From the NCBI GenBank assembly GCA_038212275.1, contig JBBQUR010000021.1:24165-88164 (forward strand): 64,000 bases of DNA. Direction: 5' to 3'. The translations under genes were made by a program, and so were the position numbers. Positions 1 to 10,388 of this stretch are shown here, piece after piece. The DNA is from Planctomycetota bacterium (GTDB taxonomy: Bacteria; Planctomycetota; B15-G4). A model generated the notes under the pieces. That model ran no database searches. It was not told the DNA's origin and saw only the letters and a program-made list of their open reading frames with translations. Positions within the stretch are counted from its first letter, which is position 1. Each line of letters starts with the position of its first letter.

Positions 1-1497
1 GTGCGTCGCTGCGACGAGAATCCCGGCGAGCTCTGGCAGGCCTGCCATGAACTGGGCGCACTGCCCGGAAGTCGCGGCATCGACAGCGCGCTGGTCTCGC
101 CGATGCTCAACGCTCTGCGACCCGACGACTTCCTCATCGTGAACGCGGCCACGCGCGCCACGCTCAACCACTTCACGGGCACTTCGTTCGGCCCGGCGCT
201 GTCCGAGTACCCCGAGGCCCAGGCCGCCCTGCGCCGTTTCATCGAGAACTCGCGCGACGTGCTGCTGGCCCACGCCCCTCCCGGCATGCGCCTCGGCGAC
301 GGCTTCACCCTCTTCAGCCACTGGCTGATGAACGAACGCCTCGCCGGCAGCGACGACCGCAACGCAGCATCCGCATCAGCAGCAGCGCCCGCGCCCGCGC
401 CCGCGCCGGCACCGGCGTCAGCAGCAGCACCCGCGCCCGCGCCGGCACCGGCACCCCCGTCGGCACCCCCGTCGGCACCCCCGTCGGCAGACGCGTCGGC
501 AGACGCGCCGGCAGACGCGCCGGCAACTGCGCTGGCACCGGCTCCCGTCGCTCGACGGGACTGCCCGACGGACGACCTCTCGCCGACGGCCGAAGCTCCA
601 ACCGCCCCTCCTCCCGCAGCCGCCGCATTGGCAGACGCCACACCTGTGCCAGGCGCACTTGCCGACGTCGCACCGGCCGACGTCGCACCGGCCGACGCCG
701 CACCGGCCGACGCCGCACCGGCCGACGTCGCGGCAGCCGACGCCGCGGCAGCCGACGCCGCGCCTGCAGCCGGGCCGCCGGCGATGACTCCTCCGCCCGT
801 CATCGCGGCGGCGCCATCACCCGTGCGCGGAGAGGACACCTCGCCCGAAGCGGCGATTGCCCACGCCCGCGCGCCGCACGCCGCCATCGAGAACGAGCCC
901 CAGTCCAAGCACCGCGACGCCCCGGACGACGAGGCGGCCGTCCACTCCGTCCCATCCCTCGTCGCGAGGACGGACAATGATCCGGCCCGGTCGGCGCTCG
1001 CGCTGCTCGTGGAACTGGCGGCGACCCGGGGGCAACTCCTGCTCTGCGGACGTCCGGGCAGCGGCACCGCCGCGTGGACCGAGGCCGTCGCAGCCGCCCT
1101 GCGCCACGGCGACGGACTCTCCGAACGCCTCGTCTTCCATCCCGGCTGGACGCGCGCGGACTTCCTGCAGGGCGTCGACACGCACGGCAACCGACGCGCT
1201 GGCCGCTTCATGGAGTTCTGCAGGCGCACCGCCGAACGCAAGGGCCGCAGCGTGCTCGCCATCCATGCGATTCAGCGCGCCGATGCCGATGCGGTGTTCG
1301 GCGAGGCACTGGGCCTGCTCGACCTGCGGGATGTCGAGTGCTCGCTCTCGGGCAGCGGCAACCTGTCCGTGCCGGGTCAGCTGGTGATCCTGGCGGGTTG
1401 CGACACGGCCGACGGCCTGCTGCCCGATGCCCCGGCCTTCACGCAGCACTTCGCGTGCGCCTTCGTGCCGGAACTGCCCCCGCCGCGCGCTCAGTGA
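1..1497 (+). CDS. McrB-like AAA+ domain protein, 5'-truncated by the window, with a long Ala/Pro-rich linker and degenerate NTPase motifs
   Basis: C-terminal region follows the McrB pattern: LLLCGRPGSGT (Walker A-like), LVFHPGWTRADFLQG, GRFMEFCRR, VLAIHAIQRAD-VFGE (Walker B region), ILAGCDTAD (NTAD-like). Low-complexity linker at about 360-800. Confidence 0.7.
   Translation: MRRCDENPGELWQACHELGALPGSRGIDSALVSPMLNALRPDDFLIVNAATRATLNHFTGTSFGPALSEYPEAQAALRRFIENSRDVLLAHAPPGMRLGDGFTLFSHWLMNERLAGSDDRNAASASAAAPAPAPAPAPASAAAPAPAPAPAPPSAPPSAPPSADASADAPADAPATALAPAPVARRDCPTDDLSPTAEAPTAPPPAAAALADATPVPGALADVAPADVAPADAAPADAAPADVAAADAAAADAAPAAGPPAMTPPPVIAAAPSPVRGEDTSPEAAIAHARAPHAAIENEPQSKHRDAPDDEAAVHSVPSLVARTDNDPARSALALLVELAATRGQLLLCGRPGSGTAAWTEAVAAALRHGDGLSERLVFHPGWTRADFLQGVDTHGNRRAGRFMEFCRRTAERKGRSVLAIHAIQRADADAVFGEALGLLDLRDVECSLSGSGNLSVPGQLVILAGCDTADGLLPDAPAFTQHFACAFVPELPPPRAQ
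361..780 (+). repeat. In-frame tandem repeats (AP)n, (SAPP)n, (ADAP)n and 15-bp (ADVAP/ADAAP)n in the linker of the McrB-like protein
   Basis: e.g. gccgacgtcgcaccg / gccgacgccgcaccg repeated at 661-760. Confidence 0.85.
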
Positions 1498-1542
1498 ATG
1501 TCGCGCGCTCAGTGCCCGCCGCGCGCTCAGTGAATGTCGCGC
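1479..1542. repeat. 28-bp exact direct repeat (period 36) at the junction of two convergent genes
   Basis: cccgccgcgcgctcagtgaatgtcgcgc at 1479-1506 and 1515-1542. Confidence 0.9.
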
Positions 1543-1916
1543 CGCTCGCCGACGCCGGCCAGCAGGCCGGCGTGATCGAAGAGCAGCGCGAGCGTGTCGG
1601 TGTCGGAGTGCCCCGTCGTGCGCTCGTAGATCGGGATCAGCGGGATGAGCAGCAGCGTCTCGCTGTTCAACTCGTCACGCCTCCAGAACATCAGGTCGCC
1701 ATCGAACTGGCGGCGCACCGAGGCAGGCGGGCCGAGCGACGCGAGTGCCTGCGCCTTGGTCGTGCGGCCGATCTCGAGCTTCCCGACTCCATCCGGCAAC
1801 GGCGCTCCGGCGCTGCGGTGCACGATCGTGCAGCCGCCGACACCACACAGCGCGACCGCCAGGCAGGCAGCCGCCAGCAGGCGTGCGTGCGGACCAGATG
1901 CCCGTTGCCTCCTCAC
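1527..1916 (-). CDS. BamE/SmpA/OmlA-like small lipoprotein (paralog 5 of 5)
   Basis: GTG start overlaps the upstream stop (GTGA); lipobox-like VGGC; LEIGRTTKAQALASLGPP and TLALLFDHAGLL motifs. Confidence 0.75.
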   Translation of the reverse strand: MRRQRASGPHARLLAAACLAVALCGVGGCTIVHRSAGAPLPDGVGKLEIGRTTKAQALASLGPPASVRRQFDGDLMFWRRDELNSETLLLIPLIPIYERTTGHSDTDTLALLFDHAGLLAGVGERRDIH

Positions 1917-2380
1917 GGCGTGGCCTCCGACAGGGCCGTCACGCGGCCCGAGGCGTCGAACTGCACGGAGAGCACACGGTCGCGCTGGCGTCCGTCGATG
2001 CGTGCGTAGATCGGGACGATGATGCCCGTGAAGATGCTCGTGTTGAGATTGATCACGTCCACGTCCGTGAGGCGCAGGCGGTAGACGAAGACGTCGCCCG
2101 CCGCCAGCGGCAGGACCTCGCCCGGCGGCCCGAGCACGGAGAGGACGGTGGCCTTGCTCACCGGCTCGGCTCCGCGTGCGCCGGGCGAATCCGCGTCCGG
2201 CACGCGGGCCGACAAGCTCGCCGCCAGCGTGCCGTCCTGCGCGGGTTGCCCCGTGCGGAAATCGAACTTCGAGTAAATCGCACCGGAGCAGCACGGCAGC
2301 AGCGCGCAGGCCACGGTCAGGCCCAGCCGGTGCGCGAGCCGTGTCTGCGGCGTGCGTGCAGGGGCGTTCGCGTCGCTCAC
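1913..2380 (-). CDS. BamE/SmpA/OmlA-like small lipoprotein (paralog 4 of 5)
   Basis: Signal ending LLPCC; SKATVLSVLGPP and VLSVQFDASGRV motifs; 4-bp overlaps with both neighbours. Confidence 0.72.
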   Translation of the reverse strand: MSDANAPARTPQTRLAHRLGLTVACALLPCCSGAIYSKFDFRTGQPAQDGTLAASLSARVPDADSPGARGAEPVSKATVLSVLGPPGEVLPLAAGDVFVYRLRLTDVDVINLNTSIFTGIIVPIYARIDGRQRDRVLSVQFDASGRVTALSEATP

Positions 2381-2817
2381 GGAGTGTCCTCGCGGTAGGC
2401 GACGTAGCGCACGCGGCCGGCCTCGTCGAGCCAGACGCTCAGCGTGCGGCTCGTGAACTCCGTGTCCACCCAGGTGAACAGCAGCGGGAAGAAGGCCACG
2501 TGCGCACTGATGTGCAGCGCCTGCCAGGTGAGCACGTCGTCATCGATGCGGCCCGGCGTGCCGGGCGCCTCGATGGGCGCTTCGCTGCGCGTGATGGTCG
2601 CGAGCAGGTTCGTGCTGAAGCGGCCGGTCGGCGGGCCGAAGTCCGCGAGCAACTGCTCGCGCGTGGTGTGCCCGGCCTCGATGCGCGCCACGGCGGCCTC
2701 GGACACGTCCACGCCGGCATCGTCGTGCAACACGATGCAGCCCGGCAGCGCGGCCATCGGCAGCGCGAGCGCGAGTGCCAGCGCCCACACGAAGCCTCGG
2801 GACGGACGCCGCCTCAC
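2377..2817 (-). CDS. BamE/SmpA/OmlA-like small lipoprotein (paralog 3 of 5)
   Basis: Lipobox LPGC; IEAGHTTREQLLADFGPP and TLSVWLDEAGRV motifs. Confidence 0.78.
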   Translation of the reverse strand: MRRRPSRGFVWALALALALPMAALPGCIVLHDDAGVDVSEAAVARIEAGHTTREQLLADFGPPTGRFSTNLLATITRSEAPIEAPGTPGRIDDDVLTWQALHISAHVAFFPLLFTWVDTEFTSRTLSVWLDEAGRVRYVAYREDTP

Positions 2818-3239
2818 GACGCCTCCTCCGCAGGGCGGAAGGCGAACGACGTCACCACATCCTTCTCGTCGAAGAAGACCACGAGCAAGTCGGTGGCGGT
2901 GCTGCTGGACATGCGGTTGTAGAGCAGCAGCGCCGTGCCGGCCGAGGACACGCTGTCGTACTGCCAGGTCAGCGCGTTCTCGCTGCGGCGTGCGGTGGCG
3001 AGCACGCCCGAGAGGCGCAGCTCGTCGTCCACGAGCACCGAGCCCAGTTCGGGACGCTTGAACTCCGTGGGCGGCCCGAGCAGAGCCAGCAGTTGCGCCT
3101 TGGTGGTGCGGCCCGGCTCGATCGAGGCCGCCGCCTCGCGCGACACCGGCGCGCCGAAGCGCGCGCTCCCGCCGACGAAGAGGCAGCCCGGCAGCAGGAG
3201 CAGCAGCAGCGCGCAGGCAGGTGCGGCGAGCCGGTTCAT
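2814..3239 (-). CDS. BamE/SmpA/OmlA-like small lipoprotein (paralog 2 of 5)
   Basis: ATG at 3239 overlaps the upstream stop (ATGA); MNRLAAPACALLLLLLPGC lipoprotein signal; IEPGRTTKAQLLALLGPP and LLVVFFDEKDVV motifs. Confidence 0.78.
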   Translation of the reverse strand: MNRLAAPACALLLLLLPGCLFVGGSARFGAPVSREAAASIEPGRTTKAQLLALLGPPTEFKRPELGSVLVDDELRLSGVLATARRSENALTWQYDSVSSAGTALLLYNRMSSSTATDLLVVFFDEKDVVTSFAFRPAEEAS

Positions 3240-3709
3240 GGCGCGTCGATCCCGCGCTCGCAGCCGACCGCCGACACGATGTCGTCGGCGTCGAAGAGCA
3301 CCTTGAGCCGGTCGATGCGCGTCTCGGTGTCGATGTTCAGGTACACCGGCCAGAAGAACCAGAAGCGGTCGTCGCGCTGCTCGCGCACCCAGGTGAAGGC
3401 CGCGCGACCGAAGACGTCGTGCTCCTCGAAGACGCGGATCGCCCGGCTGTCCGCGGTGGAGAGCTCGGAAAACAGCGTGGGCTGGCCGTACTCGTCGGGT
3501 GGCCCGAGCAGCGCCAGCACTTCGGCGCGCGTCGTGCGCCCCGGCTGCACCGCTGCGACGGCGTGCTCCGGGGGAATCGCGTCGCCGAGGTTCGCGCGCA
3601 CCAGCGCATAGCAGCCCGGGAACAACCCGAGGCCGGCAAGCGCCACGACGAACATGCCCGCTCCGGGTCTGCGTGCGATCGTGCGGTGCGCGGCGGGCAG
3701 CGTGTGCAT
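3236..3709 (-). CDS. BamE/SmpA/OmlA-like small lipoprotein (paralog 1 of 5)
   Basis: Lipobox FPGC; VQPGRTTRAEVLALLGPPDEY and RLKVLFDADDIV motifs; TATCAT -10-like box 8 nt before the ATG at 3709. Confidence 0.75.
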   Translation of the reverse strand: MHTLPAAHRTIARRPGAGMFVVALAGLGLFPGCYALVRANLGDAIPPEHAVAAVQPGRTTRAEVLALLGPPDEYGQPTLFSELSTADSRAIRVFEEHDVFGRAAFTWVREQRDDRFWFFWPVYLNIDTETRIDRLKVLFDADDIVSAVGCERGIDAP

Positions 3710-3778
3710 GGCGGCGCATGATAGCGTCCGCAGCCACTGGAGTGGCGGGCAGCGGCATGCTAGACCGGCGAGCCGCTC

Positions 3779-4501
3779 ATGGAGAAGACGCTCACCCGCC
3801 GCGACGCCGTCTTCGCCGTGCTGGCGGCCTTCTTCCTCACCAACGCGATCCTCGCCGAGATGATCGGCGGCAAGCTGATCGTCGTCGGGCCCGCCTCGTG
3901 GACGCTGTTCGGACAGCCGCTGAAGGCGACCGCCGGCGTCTTCCTCTGGCCGGTCGTCTTCGTGACCACGGACCTCATCAACGAATACTTCGGCACGCGC
4001 GGCGTGCGCCGCATCACGGTGCTCACCGCGCTGATGATCGCGTGGGTCTTCGTGGCGCTGCGCTGGGCCATGTCCGTCCCGGCCATCCCGGACTCCCCCG
4101 TCCCCGACGCGGCATTCAACAGCGTGTTCGGCACCGGCCAGTCGATCATCATCGGGTCGCTGGCGGCGTTTCTCATCAGCCAGCTCGTGGACGTCGTCGT
4201 CTTCCACTGGCTGCGGCGGCGCACCGGCGCGCGCTGGATCTGGCTGCGCTCCACCGGCTCCACCGTGGTGAGCCAGGTGCTCGACAGCGTGGTCGTGCTC
4301 TACATCGGCCTCGCGATCCCGTTCGGCTGGACCTTCGACCAGTTCGTGCAGGTCGCTGTCCCCAACTACCTCATCAAGCTGGTGCTGGCGCTGCTCATGA
4401 CGCCGGTCATCTACCTGGTTCACGGCGCCGTCGAGCGCTATCTCGGGCACGAGCTTGCGCACGAGCTGAGCGAGTCCGCTGCCCGCGAATCAGAGCGCTG
4501 A
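3779..4501 (+). CDS. yhhQ: Queuosine precursor transporter (VUT/YhhQ family)
   Basis: Multi-TM protein with TDLINEYFG, GSLAAFLISQLVDV and WLRSTGSTVVSQVLDS family motifs. Confidence 0.9.
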   Translation: MEKTLTRRDAVFAVLAAFFLTNAILAEMIGGKLIVVGPASWTLFGQPLKATAGVFLWPVVFVTTDLINEYFGTRGVRRITVLTALMIAWVFVALRWAMSVPAIPDSPVPDAAFNSVFGTGQSIIIGSLAAFLISQLVDVVVFHWLRRRTGARWIWLRSTGSTVVSQVLDSVVVLYIGLAIPFGWTFDQFVQVAVPNYLIKLVLALLMTPVIYLVHGAVERYLGHELAHELSESAARESER

Positions 4502-4534
4502 GGCGTCCGGCGGCCGCTCGCGCGGCGCGCTGCT

Positions 4535-5467
4535 TCAGTGCACCCACGTCGGGAGCGGCCGCGGGTAGGTGCAGACGTTGCGCATGTCGCCCAGTTCCAC
4601 CGTCTGCCCCTCGTGCATGTGCTGCACGAACCGGCCGGTGCGGATGTCGATCACCTCGCGACGGATGATGCGGCCCACGTGCAGGTCGGACTGCATCGGG
4701 AAGTAGTACTGGCAGTTGCTGAAGTAGTAGTGCGAGGCCTGGCTGCAGCGCGTCCGCGACGGATCCTTGATGGCCGTGCCGCCGTGGTAGAGGTTCGCGA
4801 GCCACACCGCGACCTGACCGCGCTTGAGCACCAACGGCAGCGGAGAGTAGCCGAGCGCCGCGAGTGCCTCGCGCACGAAGTCCTCGTAGGCGCCGTAGTT
4901 CTGCGGCGTGGGCTGCACACCGAGGTCCTGCATGTGCCACTCGGGCAGGCGATGGCTGCCGGGGTAGACCACGAGCGGTCCGCTGTCCGGATGGATGTCC
5001 TCCATCGCCACCCACGCCCCGCACATGTAGTGCTTGGGCAGGGAGTGAAAATGGATCGTGTCGCTGTGCGCCGGCTGCTGCGTGCCGACCTCGAAGTTCA
5101 GCGTCTGGAAGGGGATGGGCTCGCGCTGGAAGACGAGCCGCAGAAAGTCGAGCACCCGCGGCGCGTTGGCGACGGTGCGCACGTCGTCATTGAAGTACCA
5201 GGCCTCGGACACGCGCCGGTCGGCGCCGTACTTGCCGCGCAGATCCGCGATGAGCCGGGCCGCCACGACGTCGAAGTCGGGGATGTCGATGTCGAAGACG
5301 GCATAGCCGTCGCGCGCCAGCTTGCGCACCGCATCCTGCTGTTCCTGGGGAAGCCCCGACTCGCGCAGCATCTGCGGCAGGAACGGGGACTCCAGCGGCG
5401 GGATGGTCAACGAACGGCGCCACGCGTCGGGCGCCACGCCTGCGGCTTCGGGCTGCGTCGTCTTCAT
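4535..5467 (-). CDS. Phytanoyl-CoA dioxygenase (PhyH) family Fe(II)/2-OG dioxygenase
   Basis: TLNFEVGTQQPAHSD (HxD), WVAMEDI-GPLVVYPGSH, distal His in LYHGG; start MKTT at 5467. Confidence 0.85.
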   Translation of the reverse strand: MKTTQPEAAGVAPDAWRRSLTIPPLESPFLPQMLRESGLPQEQQDAVRKLARDGYAVFDIDIPDFDVVAARLIADLRGKYGADRRVSEAWYFNDDVRTVANAPRVLDFLRLVFQREPIPFQTLNFEVGTQQPAHSDTIHFHSLPKHYMCGAWVAMEDIHPDSGPLVVYPGSHRLPEWHMQDLGVQPTPQNYGAYEDFVREALAALGYSPLPLVLKRGQVAVWLANLYHGGTAIKDPSRTRCSQASHYYFSNCQYYFPMQSDLHVGRIIRREVIDIRTGRFVQHMHEGQTVELGDMRNVCTYPRPLPTWVH

Positions 5468-5587
5468 CGTGCGCGTTCCATCATCCGTTCCGGGAATGGC
5501 GCGGAAGTGTATCACGCGCCCGTGAGCCAGGAAGGCTGACACGGCCGCGCTGCCGACGCCGGGCTTCGCCATGGCAGACTCTGCGCC

Positions 5588-7015
5588 ATGAGCGCGACGC
5601 GCGAGCAGGATCTCCTTGCCGAACTGGTGACTCTGCTCGGCGCGGACGCCGTCCTGCCGGACGCAGCCGCGAGGCTTGTCTACGCGCACGACGGCTCGAC
5701 GCTGCACCCCGCGACGCCACTCGCCGTCGTCTTCCCGACGAGCACGGCGCAGGTTGCGGCCGTCGTGAAGGCGGCCGCCGCGCGCGGTGTGCCCTTCGTC
5801 GCGCGCGGCGCGGGCACCGGCCTCTCCGGCGGCGCGATGGCCTCGCGCGGCGGTCTCGTCGTTTCGCTGCAGCGCATGACGGCCGTGCTCGCGGTGGACG
5901 CGCCCAACCGCCGCGCGATCGTGCAGCCGGGTGTCGCCAACCTGGCCATCTCGCGTGCCGTGGCCGCGCATGGCCTCTACTACGCACCCGATCCGAGCAG
6001 CCAGGCCGTGTGCACCATCGGCGGCAACGTCGCGCACAACAGCGGCGGCCCGCACACGCTGAAGGCCGGCGTCACGGTAAACCATGTGCTCGGCGTGGAA
6101 CTCGTGCTGCCCGACGGGCGCCTCGTGCGCCTGTCGTCGCAAGGAGCGGGGCCCGATCTGCTCGCGCTCCTCGTCGGCAGCGAAGGCACGCTGGGCATCG
6201 TGACCGAAGTCACGGTGCGCCTGATGCGGCGCCCCGCCGGGGTCGTCACGCTGCTGGCCGCGTTCCCGCGGGTCGAGCAGGCCAGCCGCACGGTGAGCGC
6301 GATCATCGCGAGCGGCATCGTGCCCTCCGCGCTGGAATTGCTCGACCGCACGGTGCTCGCGGCGCTGCAGGCCGCTTTCGGTTTCAGCTTTCCCGACGGC
6401 GCGGGCGCGCTGCTGCTCATCGAGGCCGACGGCCCGCTCGCCGGACTGGACGAGGAGTCCGCCGCGCTCGTCGCGTGCTGTCGCGAACACGGCGCGCTGT
6501 CGGTGGCCATCGCCCGCGACGCCGCGGAGCGCGACCAGCTCTGGAAGGCGCGCAAGCGAGCCTTCGGCGCGCTCGGGCGCATCGCACGCAACTACTGCAC
6601 GCAGGATGGCGTCATCCCGCGCACGGCGCTGCCCGCCGTGCTCGCGCGCATCGAGGCCATCGCCGCGCACCACGGCCTGCGCGTGGCCAACGTCTTCCAC
6701 GCCGGCGACGGCAACCTCCACCCGTGCCTGCTCTTCGACGATCGGGACAGCCGCGAGCGCGCTGCCGTCCGTGCCGCCGGCGAGGAGATCCTGCAGGTGT
6801 GCCTCGACGTCGGTGGCAGCCTCTCGGGCGAGCACGGCATCGGCATGGAGAAGCGACAGGCCATGGCACGGCAGTTCGCGCCCGCGGACCTCGCGTTCAT
6901 GGCGGCGCTCAAAGGCGCCTTCGACCCCGCAGGTCTTTGCAATCCGGACAAGATTCTGCCCACGGGCGGAAGCTGCCTGGAAGTTCCGCCGCGCCACCGC
7001 CAGATTCCCGCCTGA
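5588..7015 (+). CDS. glcD: Glycolate oxidase subunit GlcD-like FAD-linked oxidase
   Basis: RGAGTGLSGG, YAPDPSSQ-CTIGGNVA, GSEGTLGIVT, HAGDGNLHP, GEHGIG. Confidence 0.88.
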   Translation: MSATREQDLLAELVTLLGADAVLPDAAARLVYAHDGSTLHPATPLAVVFPTSTAQVAAVVKAAAARGVPFVARGAGTGLSGGAMASRGGLVVSLQRMTAVLAVDAPNRRAIVQPGVANLAISRAVAAHGLYYAPDPSSQAVCTIGGNVAHNSGGPHTLKAGVTVNHVLGVELVLPDGRLVRLSSQGAGPDLLALLVGSEGTLGIVTEVTVRLMRRPAGVVTLLAAFPRVEQASRTVSAIIASGIVPSALELLDRTVLAALQAAFGFSFPDGAGALLLIEADGPLAGLDEESAALVACCREHGALSVAIARDAAERDQLWKARKRAFGALGRIARNYCTQDGVIPRTALPAVLARIEAIAAHHGLRVANVFHAGDGNLHPCLLFDDRDSRERAAVRAAGEEILQVCLDVGGSLSGEHGIGMEKRQAMARQFAPADLAFMAALKGAFDPAGLCNPDKILPTGGSCLEVPPRHRQIPA

Positions 7016-7051
7016 CGGCTTGCGCGCTGCCGCGCGGCTAACATGGCGGCC

Positions 7052-7696
7052 ATGCCCGGCTGCTTCGCACTGCTCATCGCTCTCGGCCTGCCCGTCTTCG
7101 ACGTGTGGCTGCTCTTCCGCATCGGAGACGATCTCGGCGGCCTGCGCACGCTGGGCCTCGTGCTGCTGACGACCTTCCTCGGCTTGTCGCTCGCGCGGGG
7201 CCAGCGCGTCGTCGCCATGCAGGCCATGCAGGTGCAGATCGCCGCCGGTCGCATGCCCACCGCCGCGCTGGCCGACGGCCCCATGCTCATGCTGGCCTCG
7301 GTCCTCTTCGCGCTGCCGGGCTTCATCACGGATGGACTCGCCCTGGCTCTGCTCGTGCCCCCCGTGCGGCGTGCGCTCTTCGCGCTCGTCGCGCGGCGCA
7401 TGCTGGCGGCCGCGCGCGAGGGCCGCGTCAACGTGCGCACCTTCGGCGGCGCGTTCACCGCCTTCGGTGCCGGCAGGCCGGGCGCGGGTGGCGCAGGCGG
7501 CGCGGGTGGCGCAGGCGGCGCGGGCGGCGCAGGCGGCGCGGGCGGTGCGGGCGGGACCGACGACGGCACGATGCCTGCCTCGGGCGAATTCTTCGGCCCG
7601 CCTCCGGGTCCAGCCGGCAGCTATGAGGCCTCGCGGGAGATCAAGGAACTCCCCCCGGACAGCTACCGCGTCCGCGGCCAGGACGAAGAGCCCTGA
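7052..7696 (+). CDS. fxsA: FxsA family membrane protein with Gly/Ala-rich C-terminal tail
   Basis: TLGLVLLTTFLG-LAR-Q, LPGFITD-L-LLVPPVR; start 7052 preferred because TAACAT lies 7 nt upstream (alternative start 7043); (GGA)n repeat at 7480-7555. Confidence 0.8.
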   Translation: MPGCFALLIALGLPVFDVWLLFRIGDDLGGLRTLGLVLLTTFLGLSLARGQRVVAMQAMQVQIAAGRMPTAALADGPMLMLASVLFALPGFITDGLALALLVPPVRRALFALVARRMLAAAREGRVNVRTFGGAFTAFGAGRPGAGGAGGAGGAGGAGGAGGAGGAGGTDDGTMPASGEFFGPPPGPAGSYEASREIKELPPDSYRVRGQDEEP

Positions 7697-7737
7697 GCGG
7701 CCAGCCGGACACGCCCCGCGCAGCGCTCGCTGCGCTC

Positions 7738-9002
7738 ATGGCAGGGGCGCCCTGCGTGCGGCCCGCCACGCCGCAGGATGTTGCAGCCGTGCTCCGCGAG
7801 GCGCGCGATCAGGGCCGGCGCGTGCGCACGCTCGGTGCAGGAACCCGCGCGTCGATGCGCCCGCCGCTGCCGACCGACACGCTGCTGCTCGTCACCACGG
7901 CGCTGTCTGCCGTCGTCGCGCATGAGCCGGGCGACCAGACGATCACCGTGCAGGCGGGACTGCCGCTCGCGTCCCTCGATGCGTGGCTCGCGCGGCACGG
8001 GCAGTGGTTGCCGGTGTGCGGTCACGCGGGAGCAGGCACCGTGGGTGGACTGCTGGCGAGCGCGGCCGACGGCGCGTGCGACTTTGCCTTCGGCCGCACG
8101 CGCGAACGCGTGCTCGGCGGAGCCGTCGCGCGGACTGACGGCAGCGTGGCGAACGGCCGCGGGCGCGTCGTGAAGAACGTCGCCGGCTACGACAGCCCGC
8201 GCCTGCTGTGCGGCGCCCACGACAGTCTCGGCGTGCTCGTCGAAGCCACATTCAAGCTCGAGCCGCGCCCCGCCGTCCGCGCTGCGTGCCGCGCACGCTT
8301 CGTGACGCCGGAGCGCGCCTTCATCGCCGCCCGCGCGCTGCTCGACAGCGGCCTGCAGCCCGCCTTCGCGGACCTCCTCGCCTCCACGTCGACCGACGAC
8401 GCCGCACAACTCTTCGTCGGCTTCTGCGGGCGGGCCCCTTCAGTGCGAGGACAACTGCAAGCATGCCGCGCGCTGCTCGCGCCGCACGCGCCGACTGACG
8501 TGGACGAGTTGTCGGAGTCGGAGTTCGATGCACTGCTCGCGCGCCTCGACGAGCCAATGAGCTGCCTCCGCGCCCTCGCGGCGCCCGCAGGCCGTCACCC
8601 CGAGGTCCGCCCCGGACACGAAGCACGCGAGGCGCGCGCCGTGCTGCGCCTCGCCGTCCTGCCCGAGGCGCTGCCGGCACTCTGCCACGAGGCGCTCGCA
8701 CTGGCCGGCCGCTTCGGCGTCGAGGCGGCGCTTGATGCGCGGCCAGGCCTCGGCTTGCTCTTCGCTGCGCTGGATGGCGAGGCGCGCCGCGTCGCGGAGG
8801 CCGTGGCGCAGCTCCTGCAGCTCGGTCGGCGCGAAGGCGGCGAGGCGCGCGCGCTCGGCGTGACGTCCGCCGCCCGCGCCCTGCTTTCAGAGGCCGACCT
8901 CCGGGGCCCGCCGCCGCCGGAACTCTTCCTGCTCGAGCGCGTGAAGGCTGCGTGCGATCCGTCGGGCGTGCTCGGCGCGGTCTGGCCCGCGGGCAGCGAC
9001 TG

Positions 9003-9003
<1 letters not shown>
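7738..9003 (+). CDS. glcE: Glycolate oxidase FAD-binding subunit GlcE-like
   Basis: HEPGDQTITVQAG, TVGGLLA, GRVVKNVAGYD-RLLCG-LGVLVEATFKL. Confidence 0.82.

Positions 9004-10380
<1,377 letters not shown>

Positions 10381-10388
<8 letters not shown>

Noticed and set aside
3710..3778. preQ1 riboswitch upstream of yhhQ
   Set aside because: Only a short GC hairpin (gccact-gg-agtggc); no preQ1 loop consensus or A-rich tail, and the gap is filled by divergent promoter-like boxes.
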